Positions 30,342 through 41,600 of a stretch of 64,000 nt of DNA are shown here, piece after piece; position 1 is the stretch's first letter, and every line of letters starts with the position of its first letter. The translations under genes were made by a program, and so were the position numbers. Source of the DNA: Verrucomicrobiota bacterium (lineage in GTDB: Bacteria > Verrucomicrobiota > Verrucomicrobiia > Limisphaerales > Palsa-1400); assembly GCA_049510745.1 (NCBI GenBank), contig JBEKYR010000001.1, positions 1 through 64,000 of the forward strand, written 5' to 3'. Under the pieces are notes generated by a model. The model made no database searches. It saw only the letters and a list, made by a program, of their open reading frames with translations, and had not been told where the DNA came from.

Positions 30342-31954
30342 GGGGCGGACGAGGGATCGGCGGCAGGCGGGGTTGACAACTGCGCGATCCAGTCTTGCAG
30401 AGAAGGCTGGAAAATCTCCGGCACGTCATCCGCCGGAATCTCCGCCGTCATCCTGGAACCGGGCGATTGGCTCATGCCGTAATACAGGTCCACGCCGTAG
30501 GTGATGGATTTGTCTCCGGGCTTGGGCTGATAGAACCGCGCGCGATACGACGCATTGAAGACGGCCATGCCGGAACTGATCCCGTGAAAGTCCTCCGTCA
30601 CCGGCATCCAGAAATTGAGGGCATTGGTAAACAGCTCGCCGCGCTGGTCGCCGAGGAGGGACGCGACCTGGCCAAAAAAATCCTGCCGGAGCTGATTCAT
30701 TTGATTGGACCCGATGTAGGGCACGTCAAAAACCCTGGTTTGATCGGGCGTGTGGCCCTGCAATTCGTCATCATTCGGCGGGACGGCGCGCAGATCGCGC
30801 GCTTCGAAGGCGTTGTAGGTGGAAAGAAAGCGGGTGACGGCGGCCTGCGTTTGCCCGGCCTCCGCGCCGGTCATTTGCAACGCTTCCTTGATCTGGTCCG
30901 TCAACTGCCCGCGCCGATTGGCCGCGGCGCAGAGCTGCGTCTGGCGCAAAGACTTCTTCGGCAGCCGCAGAGATGGCGACGTGTCATCCCAATGATAGGC
31001 CGGGCGGGCGGCGCGATTGGCGAGTTGCGTCCCGATGGAGTCAAGGTGAAGTTTGGCGTTGAGGGCCTCCGTCTCCGCGCGCGCGGCGGCCTGGCGGGCC
31101 TGGTCCAGTTGCGCGTCGGCGGCGCTGGCCCGCTGCGCGGCGGCGGCCAGTTGGGCGTTGACGGCGGCTTGCTCGCGCGCGGCGGTGGCCTGGGCGCGGT
31201 GCTGGAGGAGCAGCGGCGCGGCCACGGCGAGCGCGCAGATCGCCGCCATTTGTGTTTTGGTCAGTGTCATAAGATGAAAGAGCACGGGGTTGAAACCGCT
31301 CCCCGCGCCGGCCGCCAGGGCCGCGTTGCCGGCGCACGCCGCCAGGGTGGGCGGGGCAGCCTGGGTGGCCGACGACAGCAAGGCCGCGCCACCGCCGCCG
31401 GCCGGGACGGCGAAACCGCGTTGGCGGAAAAAGTTCCCCAGGCGTTCCAGCGCGCGCGCAACCCGTTTGCGCGCGGCGTCTTCGTCCACCCCCAGAATGT
31501 CGCCCACTTCGCGCAAGCTGCGCTCTTCGAGGAAGCGGAGCACCAGCGCCAGGCGGTCGCTCTCGCGCAGGTCCCGCAGCGCTTCATCGAGCAACGGCAG
31601 CAACGCGGCGAACGGCGAAGCGCCTTCATGCTGGAGGGTGATGACTTCGGAGGCGGTCTGCTCGCGTTGCCGGCGGCGCAATTCCGAGCGGACGCGCGCT
31701 TTGGTTTCCAGCACCGTCGCGCGATAAAGCCAGCCCGCCAGCGTCTCGACGCCAGCCAGGCGCGGCGCTTTGCGCGCCAGGGAGATGAAAACGTTCTGCG
31801 TGATGTCCTCGGCCAGGGCGCCGCTGCCGGTCTGGCGCAGCGCCGTCGCATAGACCAGATGCACGTGGCGTTCGACCAGCGCGCGAAAGGCCGCCTCCGA
31901 GCCTTGCGCGGCGTAGGCTTGGACCAATTCACTATCAGGCGACACAGCGGTCAT
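30338..31954 (-). CDS. ECF (sigma-70 group 4) sigma factor with a TM helix and a long C-terminal extension
   Basis: DSELVQAY..SEAAFRALVERH, AEDITQNVF, LAGWLY, RRRQRE, DRLALVLRF, AARKRVARAL; hydrophobic segment near aa 235-250. Confidence 0.9.
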   Translation of the reverse strand: MTAVSPDSELVQAYAAQGSEAAFRALVERHVHLVYATALRQTGSGALAEDITQNVFISLARKAPRLAGVETLAGWLYRATVLETKARVRSELRRRQREQTASEVITLQHEGASPFAALLPLLDEALRDLRESDRLALVLRFLEERSLREVGDILGVDEDAARKRVARALERLGNFFRQRGFAVPAGGGGAALLSSATQAAPPTLAACAGNAALAAGAGSGFNPVLFHLMTLTKTQMAAICALAVAAPLLLQHRAQATAAREQAAVNAQLAAAAQRASAADAQLDQARQAAARAETEALNAKLHLDSIGTQLANRAARPAYHWDDTSPSLRLPKKSLRQTQLCAAANRRGQLTDQIKEALQMTGAEAGQTQAAVTRFLSTYNAFEARDLRAVPPNDDELQGHTPDQTRVFDVPYIGSNQMNQLRQDFFGQVASLLGDQRGELFTNALNFWMPVTEDFHGISSGMAVFNASYRARFYQPKPGDKSITYGVDLYYGMSQSPGSRMTAEIPADDVPEIFQPSLQDWIAQLSTPPAADPSSAP

Positions 31955-32049
31955 TCCTCTTAAAGCTGCCGCCGCCGCCTCAAATCGGACAGTCATTTTG
32001 ACGGCCAATTGTTCTTTTGTCGCGGACGGGAAGTGATAAGAATGCGGGC

Positions 32050-32529
32050 ATGGATCCGTTATTGAAACTTTTGCAGGAGAACGCGGCGCTCAAACCGGGG
32101 CAGTTGGCCAAGATGCTCAACCTGTCCGAAAGCGAGATCGCCGCGAAAATCAAGGCCTACGAAGAGCAGCAGATCATTCTCGGCTATCGCGCCGTGTTGA
32201 ACGAGGAGAAAACCGGCCCCGACATTGTGCGCGCCGTCATCGAGGTGAAGCTCACGCCGGAACGCGGCGGAGGCTTCGACCGCCTGGCCGAGCGCATCGC
32301 CAAATACACCGAGGTGCGGTCGTGTTACCTGATGTCCGGCGGCTACGATTTGCTGGTCGTCGTGCAAGGAGCCAACTTGCGCGAGGTGGCGACTTTTGTC
32401 TCCGAGAAACTGGCCACCATCCACGGCGTGGTCTCGACCGCGACCCATTTCATGCTCAAGGTTTACAAGGAACAGGGCATGATGATCAGCGAAGACAAAA
32501 ACGAGGAGCGTCTGGCCATCTCGCCTTGA
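32050..32529 (+). CDS. Lrp/AsnC-family transcriptional regulator
   Basis: N-terminal HTH, IILGY, YLMSGGYDL, TATHF. Confidence 0.9.
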   Translation: MDPLLKLLQENAALKPGQLAKMLNLSESEIAAKIKAYEEQQIILGYRAVLNEEKTGPDIVRAVIEVKLTPERGGGFDRLAERIAKYTEVRSCYLMSGGYDLLVVVQGANLREVATFVSEKLATIHGVVSTATHFMLKVYKEQGMMISEDKNEERLAISP

Positions 32530-32658
32530 TGGCGGAGGCCGGACCGCCCGAACTCGCAAACCATTACTGACTCGGATTTTCCGGAAGCCACCGCCGAGGA
32601 AGGAGCAGGATTCATCCTTTACCACGGCGCCAAAGTGTCGTTTGATCCTGCCGCGCAA

Positions 32659-34173
32659 ATGACAAACGCCGCTCCAGCCGCCAAAGCGGACGCCGACGCC
32701 ACCTCCGCCCTGACCCGTTTCGTGGCCAAGTTCGGAGTCCTCAAGGACGCGATCCCCGAATTGTGGATTGCCTTCGCGATCAAATTCGTCGTCGTTGCGG
32801 CCTACGCCCTGACCAACTCGACGATCGTCCTCTGGCTTCACTCGGACTTGGGTTACGGCGACAAGCAGGCCCTTCCTTTGGTGGCGGCGTGGTCGATGTT
32901 GATGACGGGGACGATGCTGTTGGTGGGGTCGTTGACGGACGTGCTGGGGATGCGCCGGACGCTCTTTCTCGGGACGGGCGTCTGCATCGCCGGACGGTTG
33001 GTGATGGTCTTGAGCACGGTCAGATGGCTGGCGCTGGGAGGCGGGTTGGTGCCGCTGGCGGTGGGCGAAGCGTTGGGCGGGCCGGTGTTGGTCGCGGCGG
33101 CGCGCCGCTATTCCAACACCCGGCAACGGTCGGTTTCCTTCTCCATCATTTACGCGATGATGAATGTCGGATTCCTGATCGCGGCCTGGCTCTTCGATCA
33201 CGTGCGCGGCGGTTTGGGAGAGCTTGGCCATCTGGATGTGCCGGGCCTGCATATCTCGACGTATCGGACCCTCTTCCTGATCAGCTTGATTCTGGAGGTG
33301 CTGGCGCTGCCCCTGATCTATTTGTTGCGCGAAGGAGCGGAGGCGACCGACGAAGGACTCAAGCTGGTTCCCCCGCAGCCAAAACCCTCGGACCGGACCT
33401 TTCTCCAATCCGTTGCTCTGACCGTGCGCCAGGCGTCGCAAGAAACCATCCGGCTCTTCGCCACCTTGTTGGGCCAAACCGGATTCTACCGGCTCCTGGC
33501 GTTCCTGGTATTGATCGCGTTCGTCAAGCTGATTTACAGGCAGATGGACTATGTGTATCCGACTTTTGGCATCCGCGAATTAGGCCCGGGCGCGCCCATC
33601 GGCATCTTGTGGGGGATGAACTTCCTGTTGATCATTGTGCTGGCGCCGGTTATTGGCGCGCTCACGCAGAAGTTCTCCGCCTACTCGATGGTGACTCTGG
33701 GCTGCCTCATTTCGTCCGCGTCGATTTTCATCATGGCGCTGCCGCCGGCCTGGTTCGCGCCGATGGCAAACGGTCTGCCCGGCAATATCGTGGGCCACTG
33801 GTATCTGGGCCTCAAGGGCGGCGTGCATCCGTATTACGTGATGATTGCCCTCTTTGTCATCGTGCTCTCGATTGGAGAAGCCTTTTATTCGCCGCGCGTC
33901 TATGAGTACGCGGCGGCCATCGCGCCCAAGGGACAGGAGGCATCCTACGGCGCCCTGTCCTACGTGCCGCTCCTGCTGCCCAAACTGCTGATCGGGATTT
34001 TTTCAGGGCAGTCGCTTATGCGCTACTGTCCGGAAACCGGTCCGCGCCATTCGGAGACTCTTTGGCTGATCGTGGCCCTCTTCAGCCTGGTCGCGCCCGT
34101 GGGCCTGCTCACGCTGCGCCGTTACATCCGCGTGCATGAGGCCGGACGCGACGACGGCGCCGCCAGTCAGTGA
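32659..34173 (+). CDS. MFS transporter (POT/oligopeptide-like)
   Basis: GSLTDVLGMRR motif A; SIIYAMMNVG; IGEAFYSPR...APKGQEASY; about 12 TM helices. Confidence 0.85.
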   Translation: MTNAAPAAKADADATSALTRFVAKFGVLKDAIPELWIAFAIKFVVVAAYALTNSTIVLWLHSDLGYGDKQALPLVAAWSMLMTGTMLLVGSLTDVLGMRRTLFLGTGVCIAGRLVMVLSTVRWLALGGGLVPLAVGEALGGPVLVAAARRYSNTRQRSVSFSIIYAMMNVGFLIAAWLFDHVRGGLGELGHLDVPGLHISTYRTLFLISLILEVLALPLIYLLREGAEATDEGLKLVPPQPKPSDRTFLQSVALTVRQASQETIRLFATLLGQTGFYRLLAFLVLIAFVKLIYRQMDYVYPTFGIRELGPGAPIGILWGMNFLLIIVLAPVIGALTQKFSAYSMVTLGCLISSASIFIMALPPAWFAPMANGLPGNIVGHWYLGLKGGVHPYYVMIALFVIVLSIGEAFYSPRVYEYAAAIAPKGQEASYGALSYVPLLLPKLLIGIFSGQSLMRYCPETGPRHSETLWLIVALFSLVAPVGLLTLRRYIRVHEAGRDDGAASQ

Positions 34174-34202
34174 GCTTGAGCGAGGTGGCAGGACGGCCCC
34201 TC

Positions 34203-35909
34203 TCACGGATAGCGCCAAACCCAATTCCCATTTCTCACGTCTCCAAACTGATCGTGCGCATAACGCACCTTCCCGTGCTCGTCCCTATTCGCCCAACCGA
34301 CGGAATAGAGCACAAACTGGCGGTTGTCCGTCAAACGGTAATGCAGTGGCTGGCCGTTGATGAGGTCGTGAGGCAGTTTGTCCATGAACCGCGGCACAAG
34401 CGCGTCGAGCGATGCGGGATACTCGCCTTGCGAAAGGCGATAACGCTCCAGGGCGCAAGCCACTCGCGCCAAATCCGTCGAGCCTTGGGCGTAGGCGAAT
34501 TGCCCGGCGGAGACTCCGTACATGACCATGCTTTCCAGGATACTGTAAGCATCCGTGAAGATGGACCACCATTCGGTGTTCCGCCGTTCAAAGCTGGAGG
34601 GACGCTGCACTCGATCCGTCATGTCTGTCATCGACGAGATCGGGTACCCATTGTACATATCATTTGTGACCAAGACATGGGAAACGGTTCTGGTCTTTGC
34701 GTCGAGCAAAGGCAACAATTCCTCCGTGTAGGCTCGGCAGGTCCGGAGCTGGTTTTGATAATACCATCCGCTGGGAAATGAATGAAAGTAGAAGCCTAGT
34801 AAACGCTCTACTCCGATTGAGAGAAGTTCACGAGGATTATCCTGGTCGTCCGCCGGTTCCGGCGCATTCGATTCGTTGTGTGTTCTTCGCAGACGGTCTA
34901 TTTCGGCGCTGGCGAGCGCCCGTTGGCCCCGCACGGTCGTGGCATAATCGGAAAAGAAATCCAGTCCGGACAATTCAGACTCCAGCGCCAAAAGCTGGCT
35001 GTCCGACCACCGGCGCGCCGCCAACCCTTCCCAAATCGGCTGAAGCGTGGTGCCGATGATATAGATGCGAGCGCGCTGCGAATTGTAAAATGGTTCCGGA
35101 CGAACTGATTCGGCCAGGCGCAAAGCCAACTTTATGTCCTCCAAGGCTTCATCCGTCCGGTTCGCCGCCAGTTCAGCGACCGAGCGCAGTTGCAACACGC
35201 CGGCGCATTGGTCCAATGAGCCGTGATGCGCAAACAAACGTTCCTCGGGCTTCTCGTAGTTCAGCGGAAACCGCGAATGGGGCAGTCGGCTCGCCTGGCG
35301 CAATTCCGCGATGGCGGCATCGTACCGGCTCAACGCCAACAGCACGTCGGCAGCAGGGGTTTGCGGTTGTGGCGCGACGGGAAACTCATTGGTGGGCGGC
35401 GGCTGCGGAAGGTCCCGTTTGCCTGACGTTGAATATGTCCTATAGCCGCCTCTTTGCGCTGGAGGCGTGCGGAAGTAGCTCTGCCATTCTATCAGGTCGG
35501 TCCATTCCGCAATCTGCCATTTGCCAAAGTTGGTTATCTGGTCCCTCGGCAGCAAATACTGATACTCACTCTTGTGCGGAATGCTCATCTGCAACCTGTT
35601 GATCGCATTCGTATTCGGCGGATTGATTCTGCGGCCTTCTTTGTCCACATAGGCGGCGTAACTGCTGAAGACAATCGGCGCGAGGGCAAAATTCTCGTTA
35701 TCGGGCACGGGCGGCGGAATGACGCTGGCCCAATCGAATCGTTCTCCTTTGGCTTCCCAGTGCTGTTTGAATTGCTCCCAGGCCCGTTTGCCGCGCCAGT
35801 CTTCTTCCGCGTAGAACAACAGGACCAGCGCCGCCAGGGAGATAATCGCGTAGAAACAGCGCCGAAGTATTCGGCGGCTTCTCAGCCACTTCTTGGGTTC
35901 TTCGTTCAC
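34203..35909 (-). CDS. Membrane-anchored hypothetical protein with a C-terminal pseudopilin (GspG)-like helix-loop module
   Basis: N-terminal TM then YAEEDWRGKRAW; C-terminal LARVACALERYRL..GEYPASLDALVP...LYSVG. Confidence 0.75.
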   Translation of the reverse strand: MNEEPKKWLRSRRILRRCFYAIISLAALVLLFYAEEDWRGKRAWEQFKQHWEAKGERFDWASVIPPPVPDNENFALAPIVFSSYAAYVDKEGRRINPPNTNAINRLQMSIPHKSEYQYLLPRDQITNFGKWQIAEWTDLIEWQSYFRTPPAQRGGYRTYSTSGKRDLPQPPPTNEFPVAPQPQTPAADVLLALSRYDAAIAELRQASRLPHSRFPLNYEKPEERLFAHHGSLDQCAGVLQLRSVAELAANRTDEALEDIKLALRLAESVRPEPFYNSQRARIYIIGTTLQPIWEGLAARRWSDSQLLALESELSGLDFFSDYATTVRGQRALASAEIDRLRRTHNESNAPEPADDQDNPRELLSIGVERLLGFYFHSFPSGWYYQNQLRTCRAYTEELLPLLDAKTRTVSHVLVTNDMYNGYPISSMTDMTDRVQRPSSFERRNTEWWSIFTDAYSILESMVMYGVSAGQFAYAQGSTDLARVACALERYRLSQGEYPASLDALVPRFMDKLPHDLINGQPLHYRLTDNRQFVLYSVGWANRDEHGKVRYAHDQFGDVRNGNWVWRYP

Positions 35910-35976
35910 GCCTCGTTGAGGGACGAAAGCAGAATGAATGATTCCCCGGAAAAATCAAGGCCGGAATTCGCGCCGA

Positions 35977-37128
35977 TCAACCCTTCGGCCCGAAAAGCCG
36001 CCGGTGTTCCAGGAGGGTGTAGCGGTCGGTCATGCCGGAGAGATAATCACAAATGGCGCGGTGCCAGCCGGTTTGGCGGGCGCGCTTGCGCGAGGATTGG
36101 CCGATCTCGCCGGGATGCTTCAGAAAATACCGGAACAGGTCCTCCAACATCTTCCCGGCGCGCCGATTCGGCCCCGCCACCGCCGGGTTGGAATAAAGAT
36201 TGCGGAGCAGGTAGCGGCTCAGTTCCGTGTTCAAGCTCCGCCGCGCCGGACTGTGGCGGATGAGCGGCCGCGCCTGCCGGCGCACGTCGTCGGCCGTCTT
36301 GACTCCCGCGGCCTGAATGGCCGCCTCGCTGGTTTCGACCACGTCGCGCACCTGGCTGTCAATAATACATCGAATGATGAAATAGCGCCGGACTTCGTCG
36401 GGCAGGTCCCCATGCTCGCGGCGGACGGTGCGCGCGGCTTGGGCGAACACCCGCACGTGGCGCGTCAACGCCGCCTCCGAGAGCAACCCCGCCTCCAGCC
36501 CGTCGTCCAGGTCGTGGCTGCCGTAAATGAGTTCGTCGGCCAGGTTGGCGATTTGCGCCTCCAGGGAGGCCGATTTGGCCGGGAACGCTTTGCGCGCGCC
36601 CGGCTGATCGTAGGAGGTGTGGTGTTTGAGCAAGCCTTCGCGCACTTCCCAGGTCAGGTTCAATCCGCGGAATCCGGGGTACTTCTCCTCCAATTCCTCG
36701 ACGATGCGCAGACTTTGGCAATTGTGTTCGAAGCCGCCATGCCCGCGCATCAAGCGGTTCAAGACCGACTCGCCCTTGTGGCCGACGGGGGAATGGCCCA
36801 GATCGTGCGCCAGGGCGATGGTTTCGGCCAGGTCCTCGTTCAAGCGCAAGGCGCGCGCCAGGCTGCGGGCCATGGCCGCGACTTCAATGGTGTGGGTCAG
36901 GCGGGTGCGCAGGTGGTCGCCGGTGCCGTTGAGGAAAACCTGCGTCTTATATTCCAGCCGGCGAAAGGCGCGCGAGTGGATGACGCGGTCCCGGTCCCGC
37001 TCGTATTCGGTCCGCCACAAAGGGGGCGGCTCGGCAAAAACCCGGCCGCGGGTTTCGGCGCTGAATTGGGCGTAGGAGGCCAGCGTCAGCCGCTCGCGCG
37101 CTTCGAGTTCTTCCTTGGAAGCTGGCAT
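35977..37128 (-). CDS. dgt: Deoxyguanosinetriphosphate triphosphohydrolase (dGTPase-like)
   Basis: RDRDRVIHSRAFRRLEYKTQVF, RTRLTHT, HDLGH, FEHN, DYLSGMTD. Confidence 0.93.
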   Translation of the reverse strand: MPASKEELEARERLTLASYAQFSAETRGRVFAEPPPLWRTEYERDRDRVIHSRAFRRLEYKTQVFLNGTGDHLRTRLTHTIEVAAMARSLARALRLNEDLAETIALAHDLGHSPVGHKGESVLNRLMRGHGGFEHNCQSLRIVEELEEKYPGFRGLNLTWEVREGLLKHHTSYDQPGARKAFPAKSASLEAQIANLADELIYGSHDLDDGLEAGLLSEAALTRHVRVFAQAARTVRREHGDLPDEVRRYFIIRCIIDSQVRDVVETSEAAIQAAGVKTADDVRRQARPLIRHSPARRSLNTELSRYLLRNLYSNPAVAGPNRRAGKMLEDLFRYFLKHPGEIGQSSRKRARQTGWHRAICDYLSGMTDRYTLLEHRRLFGPKG

Positions 37129-37137
37129 GGGCGCCGG

Positions 37138-38367
37138 TCAATTGGCCAGGAGTTCCTGCACGGAAATGCCCCGCAATTCGAAGAGCCGTTTGATCGCGTC
37201 CTCGATCAAATTGTTGGGACAGGAGGCGCCGGCGGTGATGCCGACGGTGATCTTTCCCAGCGGCAGCCATCCGGTAGTCTCGACCTCTTTCTGCTGCGGC
37301 AGGCTGTAGTGGCGGATCAACTTGTCCGACACCATCATCTGGGCGTTTTTGATGAAGTAAGTGGGCAGCTCGGCTTCGCCCATCTCGGCCAGGTGCGAGG
37401 TGTTGGAGGAATTGTAGCCGCCGATGACCAGGAGCAAATCCATCGGCTCGCGCAGGAGCTTTTGCAGGGCGTCCTGGCGGTCCTGCGTCGCCCCGCAAAT
37501 CGTGTCGAAGAACCGGAAATGCCGGTCCAACTCCTCCCTCCCGAACCGCGCGATCATCGCGTTCTTGATCCGCCGCTGCACCTCCTCGGTCTCTCCCCGC
37601 AGCATGGTCGTTTGGTTGGCCACCCCGACGGCTTGCAGATGCGCGTCGGGATCGAACCCGAAGGAATAGGCTCCCTTGAACTTTTCCAAAAACTCCTGCT
37701 TGTTCCCGCCGTTGACAATATAAGCGCAGAGATAATCGGTTTCCGACAAGGTATAGACGACAAGGTAATGACCCGGACCGTGCGCCGTGGCCTGCGAGGT
37801 GGTGGCCTTGGTTTCCTCGTGTTTGGCCTTGCCGTGGATGATGCTGGTGACGCTTTCTCTGGAATACTGCCGCACCCGTTTCCAGACGCTCATCACGTCC
37901 CCGCACGTGGTATCGACCAGTTCGCAGCCCTTGGCGACCAATTTCTTTTTCGTGTCCACTTCCGTGCCGAAGGCCGGGATGATGACGACGTCGCCGGCGT
38001 TCAAGCGGGCCAACTCGGCCTCCGTCGGCTTGGGCGAGATGATTTGGATGCCCATGTTGCGAATCTGGTCGTTGACTTCGGGGTTATGGATGATTTCGCC
38101 CAAAAGGTAGATCGGTTTCGGGGCGGGAAAGACCCGGCGGGCGGCATAGGCCAGATCGATGGCCCGCTCGACGCCGTAACAAAAACCGAATTGCTTGGCC
38201 AGTTTGATGGTCAGCAGGCCGTCGGCGGACAGGACGTGGCCTTTGTCGCGAATCCGGTTGACCAAATCGCTGCGGTAATGCGAGAGCACCTGGGCCTGGA
38301 CCGCTTCCATGACATCGGGCCGGCGCAAGTTTATTTTCTGCGGCGCTGCTGGCGCTTGGGTTGACAT
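37138..38367 (-). CDS. ispH: 4-hydroxy-3-methylbut-2-enyl diphosphate reductase
   Basis: FGFCYGVERA, EIIHN, DTTC, HEET, NQTT, DTICGATQDRQ, SSNT, TAGASCP. Confidence 0.96.
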   Translation of the reverse strand: MSTQAPAAPQKINLRRPDVMEAVQAQVLSHYRSDLVNRIRDKGHVLSADGLLTIKLAKQFGFCYGVERAIDLAYAARRVFPAPKPIYLLGEIIHNPEVNDQIRNMGIQIISPKPTEAELARLNAGDVVIIPAFGTEVDTKKKLVAKGCELVDTTCGDVMSVWKRVRQYSRESVTSIIHGKAKHEETKATTSQATAHGPGHYLVVYTLSETDYLCAYIVNGGNKQEFLEKFKGAYSFGFDPDAHLQAVGVANQTTMLRGETEEVQRRIKNAMIARFGREELDRHFRFFDTICGATQDRQDALQKLLREPMDLLLVIGGYNSSNTSHLAEMGEAELPTYFIKNAQMMVSDKLIRHYSLPQQKEVETTGWLPLGKITVGITAGASCPNNLIEDAIKRLFELRGISVQELLAN

Positions 38368-38632
38368 ACCTTGCCCAAGCATAAACACGCGCAGACCCGC
38401 AGTCTAGTCCATTACTTTCAAGATTTTTTTACTCCAGCGCTCCTGCCGGGTGAGCTGAGGAAGGCTGAGAAAAGCAATTGAACTCGTGCTGTTTGGCGTT
38501 ATAGTGGCGTTGACCTGCGGTTGACCGAAAGGAGCATTGACGTCCAGATGACCGGCCAGGGGGCAGGCGCCGCCGGGCAGATCAATCTGGAATGCGTTCT
38601 GCGATCTTATCCGCGGCGAACTTGCAGGATAT

Positions 38633-41600
38633 ATGTTTTTGAAAACTTCCACTCCACTCTTGGCGATGCTTTCCTTGCTGGGCGTTATGACCGCGCCCGG
38701 CCAGACGGCCAACATGACCCACCGCTACAGTTTCAACGGCAACGCCAACGATTTGGTCGGCACGGCCAACGGGGTGTTGCAGGGTGGGGCAATCATCTCG
38801 AACAACGCCCTCGTGCTCAATGGCGTCAACAGTTACGTGTCGTTGCCGGCAAACATCGTCACCAATTACACTGCCATCACCCTGGAGACGTGGATCACCG
38901 ATAATGGCAGCGGCGGCTGGGCGCGCATCTATGATTTCGGCAACAACACAACCGATTACATGTTTCTGACGCTGCCGTCCGGCGGCGGCAATCTGCGCGG
39001 GGCTTACACCACAAACGGCAACGGGGCCGAACAGGTCCTGGAGTGGCCTAATGGCGGCCGGCCCGCCGTCGGCCAGCAATCCCATATTGTGTGGACTTCC
39101 GACGGCGCAACTCACTTGGGTTTGCTCTACGTCAATGGCGTCCCCGTGGGCACCAATGCGAACATGACGCTGACGCCCGCCACTCTTGGCCCGACCATCA
39201 ATAACTGGCTCGGCCGCTCTCAATTCAGCGGCGATCCCTATTTCTACGGCTCGATCAACGAATTCCGCATCTACAACATCGCCCTTTCCTCGAATGCGAT
39301 CTTTCAGGATCACCTGCTCGGGCCGGATACATTGGGCGGCGGCCCCGTCAGTTTTTTGGTGCAGCCCCAATCCCAAAGCGTGCTCGATCTGGGCAACGTC
39401 ACTTTCAGCGCTGTGGTCGGCGGCACGCTTCCCATCTCCCTGCAATGGTATCGCAACGGCGTCCCGCTGACCGGGGCGACGAACCTGACGCTGAGTTTTA
39501 TCGCCGCGCTGACGGACAACAACGCGTCTTACCAGCTTTGGGCGACCAACACCTACACGAACACCATCCACGTGGCCGCCAGCAGCAACGCGACGCTGAC
39601 CGTCACCGCCGTCACGACACCGCCCGTCCTGTTGAGCGCCCAGGACGTGTCCACAAATACCGTCCAACTGGTTTTCTCGGAAGCTCTCAGCGCCGATACG
39701 GCGACGAATCTGGCGAACTATGCCATCAGCAGTCTGGGAGGATCGGTCAGCGCCACGGCGGCAACCCTGGATGGCACCGCGACCCTCGTCACGCTGACGA
39801 TCCCGCCGCTCGTTTTCGGGACAAGCTACACCGTGACGGTCAACGGCGTGAAGGATCTGTTCGGTAACGTCATCGCGCCGGGCAGCCAGGCGACCTTCAT
39901 TTATGTGCCCAATTCAATCACCATCCAGGCCGACCAGCCCGGCGTCACGATCAGTTCCAACCTCTTTGGCATCTTCTTCGAGGAACTCAGCTCGGCCGGC
40001 GACGGCGGCCTCTACGCCGAGCTGGTGCGCAACCGCTCGTTCGAGGACAACACTAACAACCCGGATTACTGGACATTTGTCACCAGCGGCACGGCCGCGG
40101 GCTCGATGGCTCTGGACACGTCCCTGCCGTTGAGTCCGAGCAACCTGACTTCCCTCAGGCTGACGCTTTCCAACGGCGTCGGAACAGTCGGCGCGGCCAA
40201 CAGCGGTTATTGGGGCATCCCGGTTTCTTCCGGCGCGCTCTACAACCTCGGTTTTTATGCGCGTTGTTCGAGCAATTTCCACGCTTCGATCACCACCTCG
40301 CTGGAAAGTTCCGACGGCTCCGCCGTTTATGCCTCGTCATCCCTGGCCGGCGTGACGACCGGGTGGACGCACTTCACCGCGCTGCTCACGCCCAACCCCA
40401 CCGACCCGGCGGCGCGCCTGGCGCTGCGCATTTCCCAGCCCGGGACGGTCTGGCTGGATTTCGTTTCGCTGTTCCCGTCGCAGACTTTCCACAACCGCAC
40501 CAACGGATTGCGGCCGGACCTGGCCAACATGCTCGTCAACCTGCGCCCTTCCTTCGTGCGTTTCCCCGGAGGCGCGTGGGTCGATGGAGCGGGCGTTCCG
40601 GATTTCTACAATTGGGAAGTCACGGTCGGGAACCCCGCTGATCGCCAGCCGCGCTGGGACCTGTGGGGTTACATGGTCGATAACGGCCTGGGTTACCATG
40701 AATATCTTCAGATGTGCGAAGATTTGGGGGCGGTGCCGCTCTTCGCGGTCAACTGTGGCATGGATTATTCGGTGGCGGTGGCGACCAACCAACTGAGTCC
40801 CTATATCCAGGAGGCGCTGGACGCCATTGAATATGCCAACGGCGCCACGAACAGCTTTTGGGGCGCTCAACGCGCGGCCAACGGCCACCCGGCCCCGTTC
40901 AACCTCGCCTACATGGAAATCGGCAATGAAAACGGCGGCGCCGATTATGACACCCACTACGCGATGTTCTACGACGCCATCAAGGCGCAGTATCCCCAGA
41001 TGAAACTGATCGCCACGTCCGTCGTCAGCTCGCGTCCGATGGACGTTGTGGATGAGCATTATTATCCCGACCCGGTCTTTTTCGAACAACAATCCGTGCG
41101 CTACGACACCTACAGCCGGAGCGGGCCCCGGATCTTCGTGGGCGAATACGCGGTCACCAGCGGTTCAGGCAACGGCAACCTGGCGGGGGCGCTGGGCGAA
41201 GCGGCGTTCATGACCGGCATGGAACGGAATTCGGATGTCGTCATCATGGCCTCTTACGCGCCTTTGTTCGCCAACTTGAACAACAAGGACTGGAACCCGG
41301 ATTTGATCTATTTTACCGGCACGCAGGTGTACGGCACGCCTTCCTACTACGCGCAGCAGATGTTCAGCCTCAATCGCGGCGATGTTGTCCTGTCCAACTC
41401 GGTCGTGGCGCCCGCAATGGCGTCCACCAACCACGGCGCGATCGGCTTGGGCACCTGGAACACGCAGTCGGCCTACAGCAACCTGCTCGTCACTGCGGGA
41501 GCGACGACGCTCTATCAGAGCGATTTCACCACGCCGGCGGGCACCAACGGGTGGCAGTTCGGCACAGGCACGTGGGTGGCGACCGGCGGCATGTTGGAGC

